Shown piece after piece: positions 23,744-34,982 of a DNA stretch of 64,000 bases. The translations under genes were made by a program, and so were the position numbers. The notes under the pieces were generated by a model that was given only the letters and a program-made list of their open reading frames with translations, was not told the DNA's origin and searched no databases. This DNA is from Paludibacteraceae bacterium (GTDB lineage Bacteria > Bacteroidota > Bacteroidia > Bacteroidales > Paludibacteraceae), in contig CAJOKE010000014.1 of NCBI GenBank assembly GCA_905235225.1, forward strand, positions 4,175 to 68,174. The letters run 5' to 3'. The first letter of the stretch is position 1. Each line of letters opens with the position of its first letter.

Positions 23744-26411
23744 ATATCTATTGCTGTTGCTTATATGTTGTCCGCTGGCAGCAGTGTACGGTCAGCAAGG
23801 AGCGATAGACGCCCCCGTGAGCTATTCCTCGAAAGACTCGGTAGTGATGATGGGGAACGGTAATGCGTTTCTTCACGGTTCGGGCAGTATCAAATACCAA
23901 GACATGGAATTGGAGTCCGAATTCATCAAGTGCAACCTTGACAGCAGTACGATATATGCTTGCGGTGTTCTTGACACAGCGGAAAACGAATGGAAAGGCA
24001 AGCCGGTATTCAAGGACAAGCGTGACCAATATGAGTCAAACGAGATCATCTACAACCTATCCACGAAACGCGGCATCATCCGCAATGTGGTGACGCAGCA
24101 AGGCGAAGGTTACATTCTCGCGCAAAAGACGAAGAAGATGGATGATGACGTGATGATGATGTCCGGCGGCAAATACACAACGTGCGACAACCACGAACAT
24201 CCGCACTTTTATCTGAATCTTTCAAAAGCCAAAGTGAAACCGGGTGAATATATCGCCGCGGGACCGGCATGGTTAGTAGTAGGCGATGTACCGCTTCCTT
24301 TGGCAATTCCGTTTGGATTTTTCCCGTTCACGGACACGTATTCGAGCGGATTGATCATGCCAAACTTCGGTGACAACTATGAACGCGGATTGTATCTGAA
24401 CGGCATAGGATATTACTTTGCCCTATGCGACTATGCGGACCTCGAAATAACAGGCGACATATACACGAAGGGAACCTGGGCAGTGTATGCGAAGTCGCGT
24501 TATCTGAAGCGTTACAAGTTCAACGGAAACATCAGTCTGAACTACCGCAGCGATGTGACGGGAGAACGTGATATGCCGGATTACACAAAGGCAACGAACT
24601 TTTCGGTTCAATGGACTCACACGCAAGACAGCAAAGCCAATCCGTACAATAATTTCAGTGCGAGCGTGAACTTCTCCACCTCGGGCTATAACCGCAGCAA
24701 TATCAACAGTTACTACAATCCGCAACTGAATTCGGAGAATACGAAATCATCATCCATCAGTTACACGCAGCGTTTTCCGGACAGTCCGTGGAGCTTAACG
24801 ATGAGTGCGCTGATCAGCCAGCGGACAAAAGACTCGACAATTTCGCTCACCCTACCCGATTTGTCGGTCAACATGAGCAGTATCAAGCCGTTCAAGCGGA
24901 AGAAAGCAAGCGGGAAAGAACGCTGGTATGAGAAGATAACAATGAGTTATACGGGAAACGGGAAGATAGCGGTGAACAGCATAAAAGAGGACAAGATACT
25001 GCACTCCAATTTTCTGCGCGACTGGCAGACCGGTCTGAAACACTATATCCCGATTTCAGCGTCATTTACGGTACTCAAGTATCTAAGTATCACTCCGTCC
25101 ATCAATTTGACCGACCGCATGTACTTCCAGCGCGTTGACCAGAGTTGGGACCATTCAGCGCAAGCATTGCGTCGCGACACGACGAACGGATTCTACAATG
25201 TATTCGACTTTAACGCGAACATCAGCATGCAAACGAAGATATACGGATTCTATACGCCTTCACGGAAGCTGTTTCCGAACGGGAAAGTAGATAAATTCCG
25301 CCATATCATAACGCCGAGTTTAGGTTTCAGCTACCATCCGGATTTCGGCAAGAAAGGTTGGGGCTATTACGGCGAATATGACCAGCCTGTATATACCGAT
25401 GCGATAGATCCGGCAACAGGTTTGAAGATACAAGAATATGATGAGGAAGGCAATCCCGTGTTTGTCCACCAGACATACTCGCGCTTCGCCAATCAGTTAT
25501 ACAGCACAGCTCCGCAAGGTGCCGCGGCAAAGCTGAATTTCGGTTTGGCCAACAATATCGAGGTCAAGATACGCAATGACAAAGACACGACAGGCAAGGA
25601 GCCATTCAAAGTGTGGTCTGTGATAGACAACTTTAGTATAAACGGCGGATACAATTTTATAGCGGATTCAATGAACTGGGATTTGTTTTCGGTAAATCTG
25701 CGTTTGAAGATTCCGAAAGTGAACACAACCATCAATCTCAGTACCAAACTGGATCCGTATATGTATGAGCTAAATGCTCTCGGTACGCCCGTCCGGACCA
25801 ATAAACAGTACTGGCACAACAAGAAGTTCCCGCACTGGGACGGAACGAATTTCAGTTTCAGTTATACATTCAACAACCAGACCTTCAAGAAATGGTTCGG
25901 GAAGAAAGACGGAAAGGAAGAAGCTCCGGAAGATGACGGGAATATGGATCCGACAACCGTCAATGAGGACGGCACAATGAATAACGGCAAACGCAAGACG
26001 CACTCCCATTCGGAAACGACGGAAGACGGCTATACAAAGACCGAAATCCCATGGAGTCTGAGTATCAGTTATTCCATCCGATACGGCAACAGCAGCACGT
26101 TTGACTACGAAAAGATGTGGTATAAGATGGAGCTGACGCACAATCTCATGTTGAGCGGTTCATTAGGTCTGGGACAAGGGTGGAAAATCAGCGGCAGCGC
26201 AAGCTACGACTTCAAAGCAAAGAAATTCTCGAGTGCGAACTTTACCGTAACACGTGATTTGCACTGCTGGAGCATGTCGTGCAGTTTCGTGCCAATCGGT
26301 CCGTTCAAGAGTTACAACTTCCATATCGGCGTAAATGCGTCGATGTTAGCAGACCTCAAATATGACAAATCAAGTACAGACTCAACAAATAAACAAGTAT
26401 CATGGTGGTAG
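23697..26411 (+). CDS. lptD: LptD-like LPS-assembly outer-membrane protein (Bacteroidetes type)
   Basis: OstA-like N-terminal region, KYTTCDNHEHPHFYL and GPAWLVVGDVPLPLAIPFGFFPF motifs, about 900 aa. The start is uncertain. There is no in-frame ATG downstream of the promoter box, and GTG at 23697 gives (M)AWRRAESGAAWRRAVYLLLLLICCPLAAVYG, which is signal-peptide-like. Confidence 0.65.
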   Translation: MAWRRAESGAAWRRAVYLLLLLICCPLAAVYGQQGAIDAPVSYSSKDSVVMMGNGNAFLHGSGSIKYQDMELESEFIKCNLDSSTIYACGVLDTAENEWKGKPVFKDKRDQYESNEIIYNLSTKRGIIRNVVTQQGEGYILAQKTKKMDDDVMMMSGGKYTTCDNHEHPHFYLNLSKAKVKPGEYIAAGPAWLVVGDVPLPLAIPFGFFPFTDTYSSGLIMPNFGDNYERGLYLNGIGYYFALCDYADLEITGDIYTKGTWAVYAKSRYLKRYKFNGNISLNYRSDVTGERDMPDYTKATNFSVQWTHTQDSKANPYNNFSASVNFSTSGYNRSNINSYYNPQLNSENTKSSSISYTQRFPDSPWSLTMSALISQRTKDSTISLTLPDLSVNMSSIKPFKRKKASGKERWYEKITMSYTGNGKIAVNSIKEDKILHSNFLRDWQTGLKHYIPISASFTVLKYLSITPSINLTDRMYFQRVDQSWDHSAQALRRDTTNGFYNVFDFNANISMQTKIYGFYTPSRKLFPNGKVDKFRHIITPSLGFSYHPDFGKKGWGYYGEYDQPVYTDAIDPATGLKIQEYDEEGNPVFVHQTYSRFANQLYSTAPQGAAAKLNFGLANNIEVKIRNDKDTTGKEPFKVWSVIDNFSINGGYNFIADSMNWDLFSVNLRLKIPKVNTTINLSTKLDPYMYELNALGTPVRTNKQYWHNKKFPHWDGTNFSFSYTFNNQTFKKWFGKKDGKEEAPEDDGNMDPTTVNEDGTMNNGKRKTHSHSETTEDGYTKTEIPWSLSISYSIRYGNSSTFDYEKMWYKMELTHNLMLSGSLGLGQGWKISGSASYDFKAKKFSSANFTVTRDLHCWSMSCSFVPIGPFKSYNFHIGVNASMLADLKYDKSSTDSTNKQVSWW

Positions 26412-26983
26412 AAAATCAAATGGTAGTAACATGTGTGTATGACATGTTTGTAAAAGGCGAAAACGGCCAAGAAGAATTAATGGAACAAGCAACAATCAAA
26501 CGTCCGCTGATCTATTGCCACGGCGAAGGCATGATGTTGCCGAAGTTCGAGGAAGCGATGGCAGGTTTGGAGAAAGGATCCAAGTTTGACTTTCGGATTG
26601 CGTGTGCAGACGCATACGGCGATTATGATGAATCGGGTGTATTGACATTAGACAAAAAGATGTTCTATAACGGTGACGGGGAATTTGATTCCGACCGGGT
26701 GTATGTAGGAGCAATTGTTCCGATGACAACCGTTGACGGTCAAATCGTAAATGCGCAAGTGGCAGAAATAGGATTCAAGACCGTAACCATCGACCTTAAT
26801 CATCCGCTTGCAGGAGAAGACCTGCATTTTGTAGGTGAAATCACAGACCTGCGCAAGGCAGAAGCAAAAGAATTAGAAGCAATCCGCCATCCACACAAGT
26901 GCGGCGGTTGCCACGGTAACTGCAGTGACTGCGGCAGCGAGTGCGGCGAAAGTTGCGGTGACGGCTGCGGAAAATGTAACTAA
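26402..26983 (+). CDS. slyD: FKBP-type peptidyl-prolyl isomerase SlyD with a Cys-rich C-terminal tail
   Basis: FKBP plus insert-in-flap layout ([11 protein letters not shown]...[24 protein letters not shown]...[17 protein letters not shown]). The tail is [31 protein letters not shown]. Confidence 0.8.
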   Translation: MVVENQMVVTCVYDMFVKGENGQEELMEQATIKRPLIYCHGEGMMLPKFEEAMAGLEKGSKFDFRIACADAYGDYDESGVLTLDKKMFYNGDGEFDSDRVYVGAIVPMTTVDGQIVNAQVAEIGFKTVTIDLNHPLAGEDLHFVGEITDLRKAEAKELEAIRHPHKCGGCHGNCSDCGSECGESCGDGCGKCN

Positions 26984-26994
26984 CAGATGAAATT

Positions 26995-28311
26995 ATGGCA
27001 AATATTTTAGCGATTGTGGGACGCCCGAATGTGGGCAAATCCACCCTATTCAACCGATTAACCAAGAGCCGCCGCGCCATAGTAATGGGTGAAGCCGGCA
27101 CAACGCGCGACCGGCAATACGGTCACGCCGAATGGTGCGGACGGGAGTTTTCGGTAATCGACACCGGCGGATGGGTAGTCGGAAGTGATGACACGTTTGA
27201 AAGCGAAATCAACCGCCAAGTAAATCTTGCCATCAAAGAGGCAGATGTGGTGCTTTTGGTAGTTGATGTGAATGAAGGTGTGACGCAGTTTGACATGGAA
27301 GTGGCTCACTTGCTCCGCCAAGCCAAAAAGCCGACGGTGCTTGCCGTAAACAAAGTTGACGCATTTGACCAACAATACGGTGCGCCGGAGTTTTACAAAT
27401 TAGGATTAGGCGAGCCGTTCATTTTAAGTGCCGAAAACGGATTGGGAACGGGCGATCTGCTTGATGAGATATGCTCACGTTTCCGCTCTGATGTGAATGG
27501 CGAGAACTTGGAGGACGAGTTACCACGCTTTGCGATTGTCGGCAGGCCCAATGCAGGAAAATCAAGCATACTGAACGCATTTATAGGCGAGGACCGTACC
27601 ATCGTAACCGATATTCCCGGAACGACACGAGACAGTATCTACACCCGCTACAACAAGTTCGGAAAAGACTTTTATTTAGTAGATACAGCAGGAATCCGCA
27701 AGAAAGCCAAGGTAAATGAAGATCTGGAATACTATTCGGTGCTACGCAGTATCCGTGCGATTGAAAATTCGGATGTATGTATTCTAATGATTGATGCGAC
27801 CCGCGGAATCGAATCACAAGACCTTAATATATATAGTCTTATCCAAAAGAACAAAAAGGGCTTGGTAGTCTGCATAAACAAATGGGATTTGGCGGAAAGC
27901 AAAACGAATGCGGACATTAAGGCGTATGAAAATGCCATTCGCAGCCGAATTGCCCCGTTTACTGATTTTCCGATTATATTTACAAGTGCGACCACCAAGC
28001 AGCGCATATTCAAAGTAATCGAAACCGCGTTGCATGTATATGAGAACAAGCAAAAGAAGATTCCGACCGCCCAACTGAACGATAAATTCCTGCCTTTAAT
28101 CGAGAACTATCCGCCACCCGCCACAAAGGGGAAATACATCAAAATCAAATACTGCACACAGTTACCGAATACGCAAGTGCCGACCTTTGTATTTTTCGCC
28201 AATCTGCCACAATACGTCAAGGAGCCATACCGACGTTTCCTTGAGAACAAATTACGTGAATGGTGGGATTTCACAGGCACCCCTGTACAGTTGTTTATAC
28301 GTGCCAAATAA
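26995..28311 (+). CDS. der: Ribosome-biogenesis GTPase Der (EngA)
   Basis: Two GTPase domains (GRPNVGKST...DTGG; GRPNAGKSS...DTAG, NKWD) plus a KH-like C-terminus. Confidence 0.95.
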   Translation: MANILAIVGRPNVGKSTLFNRLTKSRRAIVMGEAGTTRDRQYGHAEWCGREFSVIDTGGWVVGSDDTFESEINRQVNLAIKEADVVLLVVDVNEGVTQFDMEVAHLLRQAKKPTVLAVNKVDAFDQQYGAPEFYKLGLGEPFILSAENGLGTGDLLDEICSRFRSDVNGENLEDELPRFAIVGRPNAGKSSILNAFIGEDRTIVTDIPGTTRDSIYTRYNKFGKDFYLVDTAGIRKKAKVNEDLEYYSVLRSIRAIENSDVCILMIDATRGIESQDLNIYSLIQKNKKGLVVCINKWDLAESKTNADIKAYENAIRSRIAPFTDFPIIFTSATTKQRIFKVIETALHVYENKQKKIPTAQLNDKFLPLIENYPPPATKGKYIKIKYCTQLPNTQVPTFVFFANLPQYVKEPYRRFLENKLREWWDFTGTPVQLFIRAK

Positions 28312-28375
28312 TAAGAAAAAATAAATATTTTTTCATAAAATGGCATGAAAGTTTGTAAATATTAAAAAAAAAGTG

Positions 28376-28383
28376 TAACTTTG
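28376..28383 (+). promoter_or_regulatory. -7 promoter box (TAACTTTG) only 9 nt upstream of the 28392 ATG
   Basis: gtgTAACTTTGcggcttgaATG. This implies a very short or absent leader, or a downstream start codon. Confidence 0.4.
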
Positions 28384-28391
28384 CGGCTTGA

Positions 28392-28913
28392 ATGAAGATA
28401 ATCGGCTTTACATACTATGAGGGCAGCGTCGAAATGGTACTGAAAGGCGATAGTTGCTTATTAGTAAACAAGAAGCCGTTCTTCACGCCAGACTGGTCAA
28501 ACGACATGCGTATGAGCCGTTGTATTGTATTGCGTGTCAGCCGGTTAGGCAAGTGTATTGCGGCAAAATTCGCGGACAGGTATTACGATGCAGTGGCTCC
28601 CGGTGCGGACTTTTGCGCCTATGACAAATTAAGCAAAGCAAAACTGTCAGGAAGCAGTTGGACGCAAGCCACATGCTTTGATTACTCGCTTGCCGTTGGC
28701 GAATGGATAGACAGCCGCACCCCGGGGATAGACGATTCAGAATGGGCAATCAGTATCCGAGAAGCAATAGCGGCTACAAGTCAGATTATGACCATCCGGC
28801 AAGGTGATTTGATTTACATTCACACGAAAAACGCCCCTGAAGCTGTTCAACGCGATGAAATAATAAGCGGTCCGGCATGGGCAGAAGATAAATTATACTG
28901 CAAAATAAAATAG
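28392..28913 (+). CDS. Short fumarylacetoacetate-hydrolase (FAH) family-like protein
   Basis: KKPFFTPDWSNDM...LRVSRLGKCIAAKFADRYYDAVAPGADFCAYD...GDLIYIHT follows the pattern of short Bacteroides FAH-family proteins. The acidic metal-ligand positions I expect appear substituted. Judged from memory. Confidence 0.45.
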   Translation: MKIIGFTYYEGSVEMVLKGDSCLLVNKKPFFTPDWSNDMRMSRCIVLRVSRLGKCIAAKFADRYYDAVAPGADFCAYDKLSKAKLSGSSWTQATCFDYSLAVGEWIDSRTPGIDDSEWAISIREAIAATSQIMTIRQGDLIYIHTKNAPEAVQRDEIISGPAWAEDKLYCKIK

Positions 28914-28920
28914 TACACTA

Positions 28921-31900
28921 TTGAAAAAGTCATTCAAAATATTGTTTGCGTTGGCAATCCTTCTATCAGGAAATGCAGCAGCCATTGAACACACTTATGC
29001 CCCCCACTCCGTTTTGCAAAGCGGAAAATGGGTAAAGATCAGAGTGAGCGAATCCGGTGTATGCCGTATGACCTACGATCAGTTGAAAGACGCGGGGCTG
29101 AAGCCAGAAAATGTCCGCGTATACGGTTTTGGCGGTGAGATGCTGTCCCAAAATTTCCAAAAACGCAAGATTGACGATTTGCCAGCTGTACCGTTTTACA
29201 TGTATAAAGGCGGTGACAATATTTTCAACAGCGGTGACTATATTTTATTCTATGTTCGTGCTAATATCGGTTGGCAATATAACGGTACGCGTTTTTCCCA
29301 CACCCGCAATCCATACAGCGATTACGGATATTATTTCCTGTCTGACAACGCAGGCGAACAGAAATTACTGAGTGAAGAGTCCCATGGTTCCTATGGAGAC
29401 AAGGCAACAGAGGTGACAAGTTATATCAACTATCAGCTTTATGAAGTGGATAAAGTGAATCTGTTAGATCCACAAAACGGGAAAGACGGCGGCGGACGAG
29501 AGTTCTATGACGAAGTAATCGCCCCATCGAGTACAAAAACATACACCTTCAACACTCCAAACGTCATTTCTACAAAAGCAATGCGCGTCTATGTAGATGT
29601 GGCAGCAAAATCCACCGGAGTATCCACTTTTGTAGTACAAATCGGTGACCAACAGCAATTAATCAATACTGCCAGCATATCAACAGGCGACTTTTACACC
29701 ATGGCAACAACGGGACAATGCAATGCGATGCTAATGCCTGACAAGAGTGCCAAACAAACCGTCAAATTACAATTTCAAAACAGTATCGGAAGTGCTTCAG
29801 GTTACTTGAATTACATAGAGATTTCCCCCGAATGCCATTTAAGTATGACAGGAAATGTTTTACCATTCCGCACCGCAGAGAATTTCCAACAAGAAACGCC
29901 CCTTCAATACACATTAAACGGGATTAATTCCAATACACAGGTGTGGAACATCACCCATCTTGACAGTATCTATCAGGAACAGGTATCTTTAAGCGGATCA
30001 ACGCTGACATTCAAAGGCAGTAACAGGGATGAGATACAGGAATATATAGCAGTCAATCCCAATGGAAACGAGTGGGTAGAAGCAAGTGTGATAGGCAATG
30101 TGGTGAATCAAGACCTTCATAAGTTAGAAGATATTGATTTCGTCATTATAACTCCGGCAGATTTCAAGGATTACGCGAATCAGCTTGCCAAAATTCACGA
30201 AGAAAAAGACCAAATGACTACAGCTGTAGTGACGGATGAAGAGGTTTACAATGAATTTTCAAGCGGAACTCCCGATGCCACAGCATACCGATGGTTAATG
30301 AAAATGCTATATGACCGCGGAACAGGTGCCATACACAAACCGTCACATCTGCTTCTATTTGGTGACGGGACATTTGACAACCGTCAATTATTGGCCCCCA
30401 ATAGCGGAAAAGCGATTCTACTCACCTATCAGGCAAAGAACTCCACCGTAGAAACCAATGCCTATGCCACTGATGACTATTTCGGCTTCATGGATAACAA
30501 TGAAGGCGAGTCCGATGTCAGCGGAGTCATGGATTTAGGTGTAGGGCGTTTACCGATAAGCAGTTTAGACGAGGCAAAGAATGTAACAGACAAACTGCTG
30601 TCGTACATAGCAAATACCAATTACGGGAACTGGAAGAACCAATTATTATTCCTGGCAGATGACGGAGATAACGGATTGCATACCAAGACAGCAGAAGCAG
30701 GTGCAGAACTGGTACGCATAAAGAATCCGAATTTTGTAGTAAACAAAGTATATTTAGACGCATACCAACAAGAAGTGACCGCAAGCGGCGAGAGTTATCC
30801 GTTAGCGAAAAACCGTGTAGAGAATCTGCTGAATAACGGAATGCTCTATCTCAACTATTCAGGACATGGCGGGTATAATGCCATTACAAATGAGAGTCTG
30901 ATGGATTTACATTCCATTCAGTCATTGAGCAATTCGAATCAAGGTTTCTGGATGTTTGCGACATGCTCATTTGCCCACTTTGATTCCGGCAAACGCAGTG
31001 CAGCGGAAGAAGCGGTAATCAATCCTCACGGCGGTGCGATCGGAGTTTTGTCCGCATGCCGAACTGTTTATGCGACACAGAATACAATTATCAACCGGAA
31101 CTTCTGTGACACGTTGTTCGGGCATCGTAATCCATATTCATATAACATGACATTGGGGCAAGCGACCCGAATCGCCAAGAACCGGACAGGAATCGGTGAT
31201 ACGAATAAGATGCCCTATATTCTATTGGCAGATCCGGCAATGCGGTTAGCCTACCCCACACAATTCGGTGTAGTAACAACCACATGCCCTGATACTGTAC
31301 GCGCCTTAACGACTCATACCATTAAAGCCCAAGTCATAGATTCGACCGGAACAATCATGGATTGGTTCAACGGGACCGCCATGGTGACCGTTTACGACAA
31401 ACTACAACAAATAACCACCCGCGATAATGATGAGAAAGATTCTGAAAAGCGGCAATTATTGACATATAATGATTATCCAAATATATTATTCCGTAACGAG
31501 GTAAAGGTAAAGGACGGTGTGTTTGAATTTACCTTTATGGCACCAAAGGATATTCGTTATAATTATGGTAACGGACGTATAGTCTATTACGCATTTGACA
31601 GTGAAAACGGAGCAGAAGCAACCGGACACTATGAGGATTTAATTATTGGCGGCAGTTCAACCGTAGCCGTAATAGATACCATAGGTCCAGACATCACATT
31701 GTATCTTAACAATCCAGCCTTTGTCAATGGAGGGAATACTCACCAAAATCCACATTTCTATGCCGACCTATATGACGATAACGGAATCAATACAGTGGGA
31801 AGCGGTATAGGACATGACCTGTTGCTTATTGTGGACAACAAGCCTCAAATGACTTATGTGCTGAACGATTTCTACAAAGGGACAGAAGATTATCGCAGCG

Positions 31901-32313
31901 GAAAAGTAAGCTATAAGATGCCAGAATTAGAAACAGGCACCCATTCATTGACTTTCCGCGCATGGGACTTATTCAACAACAGTTCCACCAAATCACTTGA
32001 CTTCTCCGTGGTTAAGGACATGGATATGAATATATTCTCTGTCACCACCTACCCCAACCCCGTAAGTCAATCCGGTGTAGTGACCATTAAGCTGGAATAT
32101 GACAGACCGGACGACCTTGTACAAACAGACATATATATATATAATATGTCAGGTCAACTTGTATGGCATCATACGCAGAACGATGCCAAAGCAATCAGTT
32201 GGAACATCAGTGAACTCGGCATAAATCCAGGCATGTATGTTTACCGTCTCAAAATGCAGACCGCAACAACATCCGCCGTATCACAAACAGGAAAATTAAT
32301 AGTAACCAAGTAA
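28921..32313 (+). CDS. porU: Type IX secretion system sortase PorU (C25 peptidase family)
   Basis: 1130 aa with a TTG start (no in-frame ATG in the signal peptide MKKSFKILFALAILLSGNAAA). His/Cys dyad regions NYSGHGG and FATCSFAHFD. T9SS-type C-terminal domain (DIYIYNMSGQLV...GMYVYRLKMQ...GKLIVTK). Followed by porV. Confidence 0.85.
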   Translation: MKKSFKILFALAILLSGNAAAIEHTYAPHSVLQSGKWVKIRVSESGVCRMTYDQLKDAGLKPENVRVYGFGGEMLSQNFQKRKIDDLPAVPFYMYKGGDNIFNSGDYILFYVRANIGWQYNGTRFSHTRNPYSDYGYYFLSDNAGEQKLLSEESHGSYGDKATEVTSYINYQLYEVDKVNLLDPQNGKDGGGREFYDEVIAPSSTKTYTFNTPNVISTKAMRVYVDVAAKSTGVSTFVVQIGDQQQLINTASISTGDFYTMATTGQCNAMLMPDKSAKQTVKLQFQNSIGSASGYLNYIEISPECHLSMTGNVLPFRTAENFQQETPLQYTLNGINSNTQVWNITHLDSIYQEQVSLSGSTLTFKGSNRDEIQEYIAVNPNGNEWVEASVIGNVVNQDLHKLEDIDFVIITPADFKDYANQLAKIHEEKDQMTTAVVTDEEVYNEFSSGTPDATAYRWLMKMLYDRGTGAIHKPSHLLLFGDGTFDNRQLLAPNSGKAILLTYQAKNSTVETNAYATDDYFGFMDNNEGESDVSGVMDLGVGRLPISSLDEAKNVTDKLLSYIANTNYGNWKNQLLFLADDGDNGLHTKTAEAGAELVRIKNPNFVVNKVYLDAYQQEVTASGESYPLAKNRVENLLNNGMLYLNYSGHGGYNAITNESLMDLHSIQSLSNSNQGFWMFATCSFAHFDSGKRSAAEEAVINPHGGAIGVLSACRTVYATQNTIINRNFCDTLFGHRNPYSYNMTLGQATRIAKNRTGIGDTNKMPYILLADPAMRLAYPTQFGVVTTTCPDTVRALTTHTIKAQVIDSTGTIMDWFNGTAMVTVYDKLQQITTRDNDEKDSEKRQLLTYNDYPNILFRNEVKVKDGVFEFTFMAPKDIRYNYGNGRIVYYAFDSENGAEATGHYEDLIIGGSSTVAVIDTIGPDITLYLNNPAFVNGGNTHQNPHFYADLYDDNGINTVGSGIGHDLLLIVDNKPQMTYVLNDFYKGTEDYRSGKVSYKMPELETGTHSLTFRAWDLFNNSSTKSLDFSVVKDMDMNIFSVTTYPNPVSQSGVVTIKLEYDRPDDLVQTDIYIYNMSGQLVWHHTQNDAKAISWNISELGINPGMYVYRLKMQTATTSAVSQTGKLIVTK

Positions 32314-32406
32314 TAACACTTTTATTATTGCCTATGAAGCATCTTTAAGAATCAGAATTTAGTAGTATTAGTCTTGAAATGAATTTATTAATAAACAATC
32401 CATAAA

Positions 32407-33609
32407 ATGAAAAAAATTATTTTATCAATCGCATCGGTTTTATACTTTACAGCTTCAGCGTTTGCAGTTGAACAAGAATTGAATCCATTAATTACAGCAA
32501 TGCCTTCATTATCTATTGCGCCAGATGCCCGCGCAGCCGGAATGGGTGATGTCGGTGTGGCAACAACCGCAGATTTGAACTCCCTTTATTGGAATGCTGC
32601 GAAATTTGCATACATGGACAGTAAAGGCGGTATCACTGCCAACTACACTCCATGGTTACGCAAACTTGTAAGTGACATTGATCTTGCTCACTTGGAGGGT
32701 TACTACAATATCGGTGATTTAGCCGGTGGTATAGCAGCTTCGTTCACATATTTCTCAATGGGTGACGTACAACTTACCGACGCAAACGGTACAGCAATTC
32801 AGAACTGCCGTCCAAATGAATGGGCATTGGATGTTTCGTACTATCGCAAGTTACATGAGTATGTATCCATGGCAGTTGCTTTACGTTTTATGTACAGCGA
32901 CCTGAACAACGGAGTTAATTCCTCCATATCCGGCTCTTCCCAAGAAATGCATGCAGCATGGACCATGGCAGCAGATGTAGATTTGTACTATCGTCAACCG
33001 ATTGACATTAAAATGGGAACAAGTTATTTCGCTCTCGGTTTCACCCTTACCAACCTTGGTGGTAAAATGACTTATGATGATGTAAGCCGTAACTTTATTC
33101 CTGCGACAATGCGTATCGGTGCCAGCTACGAACTGCCATTTGACAACTATAACAAGTTGACCTTCAATTTACAGGCAGACAAACTTCTTGTCCCCAGCCG
33201 CAAATCTCGTTTTACAGAAGGATTTAACAAAGAAGACCCGACGACATGGCAAATGAGCCAGGATCAGTACTCTCAAATGACATCGGTGAGCGGCATCTTC
33301 AAATCCTTTGCAGACGCTCCCGGCGGTGCAGCAGAAGAATTCAAAGAAGTACGTTGGGGTGCAGGATTAGAATACACATACAATCGTCAGTTCTTTGCGC
33401 GTGTCGGATATAGTTATGAGAACTTCTACAAAGGCAACCGCAATTATATCACTGTAGGTGCCGGATTCCATTTGAGTATATTCTCTTTGGATGTTGCATA
33501 CTGCATTGGTTTAGCTTCATCGAACCCTCTTGACCAGACCATGCGTTTCACACTTGGATTCGACCTTGCGGGTATCAAAGATCTCGTAAACAATCGTAAA
33601 GAGAAATAA
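32407..33609 (+). CDS. porV: Type IX secretion outer-membrane protein PorV (LptO)
   Basis: MPSLSIAPDARAAGMGDVGVATTAD...WNAAKFA N-terminal signature. 400-aa beta-barrel immediately downstream of porU. Confidence 0.85.
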   Translation: MKKIILSIASVLYFTASAFAVEQELNPLITAMPSLSIAPDARAAGMGDVGVATTADLNSLYWNAAKFAYMDSKGGITANYTPWLRKLVSDIDLAHLEGYYNIGDLAGGIAASFTYFSMGDVQLTDANGTAIQNCRPNEWALDVSYYRKLHEYVSMAVALRFMYSDLNNGVNSSISGSSQEMHAAWTMAADVDLYYRQPIDIKMGTSYFALGFTLTNLGGKMTYDDVSRNFIPATMRIGASYELPFDNYNKLTFNLQADKLLVPSRKSRFTEGFNKEDPTTWQMSQDQYSQMTSVSGIFKSFADAPGGAAEEFKEVRWGAGLEYTYNRQFFARVGYSYENFYKGNRNYITVGAGFHLSIFSLDVAYCIGLASSNPLDQTMRFTLGFDLAGIKDLVNNRKEK

Positions 33610-34085
33610 TGCGAGTCGGATTCGGATACGACGTTCATCAATTCTCCCCTAACCGCCAACTGTGGTTAGGGGGAATTCTTATTCCAAGCGAGAAAGGTTT
33701 GCTGGGACATTCAGATGCAGACGTTCTGATTCATGCTTTATGTGACGCATTGTTAGGAGCAGCCGGTATGCGCGATATAGGCTACCATTTTCCCGACACA
33801 AAAGGAAATGAATATGAAGGAATAGACTCCAAAATCCTATTACGACGTGTAATGGATATGCTTCGCGAAGCGGGATATGAGTTCGGGAACTGTGACTGCA
33901 CTATATGTTGCCAAAGTCCCAAACTAAGTCCACATATACCATCCATGCAGAATTGCCTTGCCGAAGTTATGAATGTCCGAGCTGACCAAATCAATATCAA
34001 GGCTACAACAACTGAACACCTTGGCTTTGTCGGCCGAGAGGAAGGAATAGTTTCATATGCGGTAGCATTAATCGAACATGCTTAA
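33609..34085 (+). CDS. ispF: 2-C-methyl-D-erythritol 2,4-cyclodiphosphate synthase
   Basis: RVGFGYDVHQF, GHSDADVLIHALCDALLGA, 158 aa. Confidence 0.95.
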   Translation: MRVGFGYDVHQFSPNRQLWLGGILIPSEKGLLGHSDADVLIHALCDALLGAAGMRDIGYHFPDTKGNEYEGIDSKILLRRVMDMLREAGYEFGNCDCTICCQSPKLSPHIPSMQNCLAEVMNVRADQINIKATTTEHLGFVGREEGIVSYAVALIEHA

Positions 34086-34434
34086 ACTCTTTTTATATAT
34101 ACCCGGATTGCTTGCACTTCTAACAAGTATGGATACCCCACCCGTTCTACAGGATGTACAGGGTAACTATAGCCGTTATGTACTCAGGGACAGTTGCACA
34201 ATAGAGATTTTGGAATACTCCGATTCTGTTTTAGTAGTAGAAACGGTATGTGCGCCCTTGTGTTCCTCAACCGCCCGCATCTACAACAAGGAATACAAAC
34301 TACTACATTCAATTCGTCCGGCTGAGACGGGTATGCTGCCATACGCATGGATAGAAAACGGAGAATTGCATTGGCGCGACAATACCATGCAATTATGGGA
34401 TAAAGAGGAACAAGGACGTGTAACAAAAGAATGA
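34078..34434 (+). CDS. Hypothetical small exported protein
   Basis: 118 aa with a hydrophobic N-terminus. Overlaps ispF and aroK by a few nt, consistent with operon membership. No recognisable motif. Confidence 0.4.
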   Translation: MLKLFLYIPGLLALLTSMDTPPVLQDVQGNYSRYVLRDSCTIEILEYSDSVLVVETVCAPLCSSTARIYNKEYKLLHSIRPAETGMLPYAWIENGELHWRDNTMQLWDKEEQGRVTKE

Positions 34435-34982
34435 CCTATCCAATATATTTAATCGGTTACATGGGTGCCGGCAAGACAACCGCCGGCAGATTGTTAGCAG
34501 ACAAACTCGGTTGGCATTTTGTTGATTTGGACAATGCATTTCACGAGATTCACGGTCTGTCAACAGCGGACTATATCCGCCAGTACGGTATAGATGAGTT
34601 CCGCCGCAAAGAGAAATATGTATTGGAAGATCTTGCGGAGCTGCCAATAGAGAAAGTCATATATGCAACCGGCGGCGGATATCCCTGTTGGGAGGACAAC
34701 ATGGATTGCCTCAAAGAACTGGGAACCAGTATCTATCTGCGTTGGAGACCAGAGCATTTGGCCAAGCGACTAATGCTAACAGACTTAAGCGAACGCCCAG
34801 TATTACAAGGCAGAACAGAGGAAGAACTACTCTCATTTATTATTCCGCAACTGGAAGCCAGGGAGCCATATTATGCACAAGCAGATATAATCTATGATGT
34901 GCCATTTAGTGAAATAGACGAAAATAACGACGAACAAATTGCAGAATACCTATGTCAATTAATCAAATCCAAGACGAAATAA
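34431..34982 (+). CDS. aroK: Shikimate kinase
   Basis: Walker A GYMGAGKTTAGRLLA, ATGGG motif. Confidence 0.9.
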   Translation: MTYPIYLIGYMGAGKTTAGRLLADKLGWHFVDLDNAFHEIHGLSTADYIRQYGIDEFRRKEKYVLEDLAELPIEKVIYATGGGYPCWEDNMDCLKELGTSIYLRWRPEHLAKRLMLTDLSERPVLQGRTEEELLSFIIPQLEAREPYYAQADIIYDVPFSEIDENNDEQIAEYLCQLIKSKTK

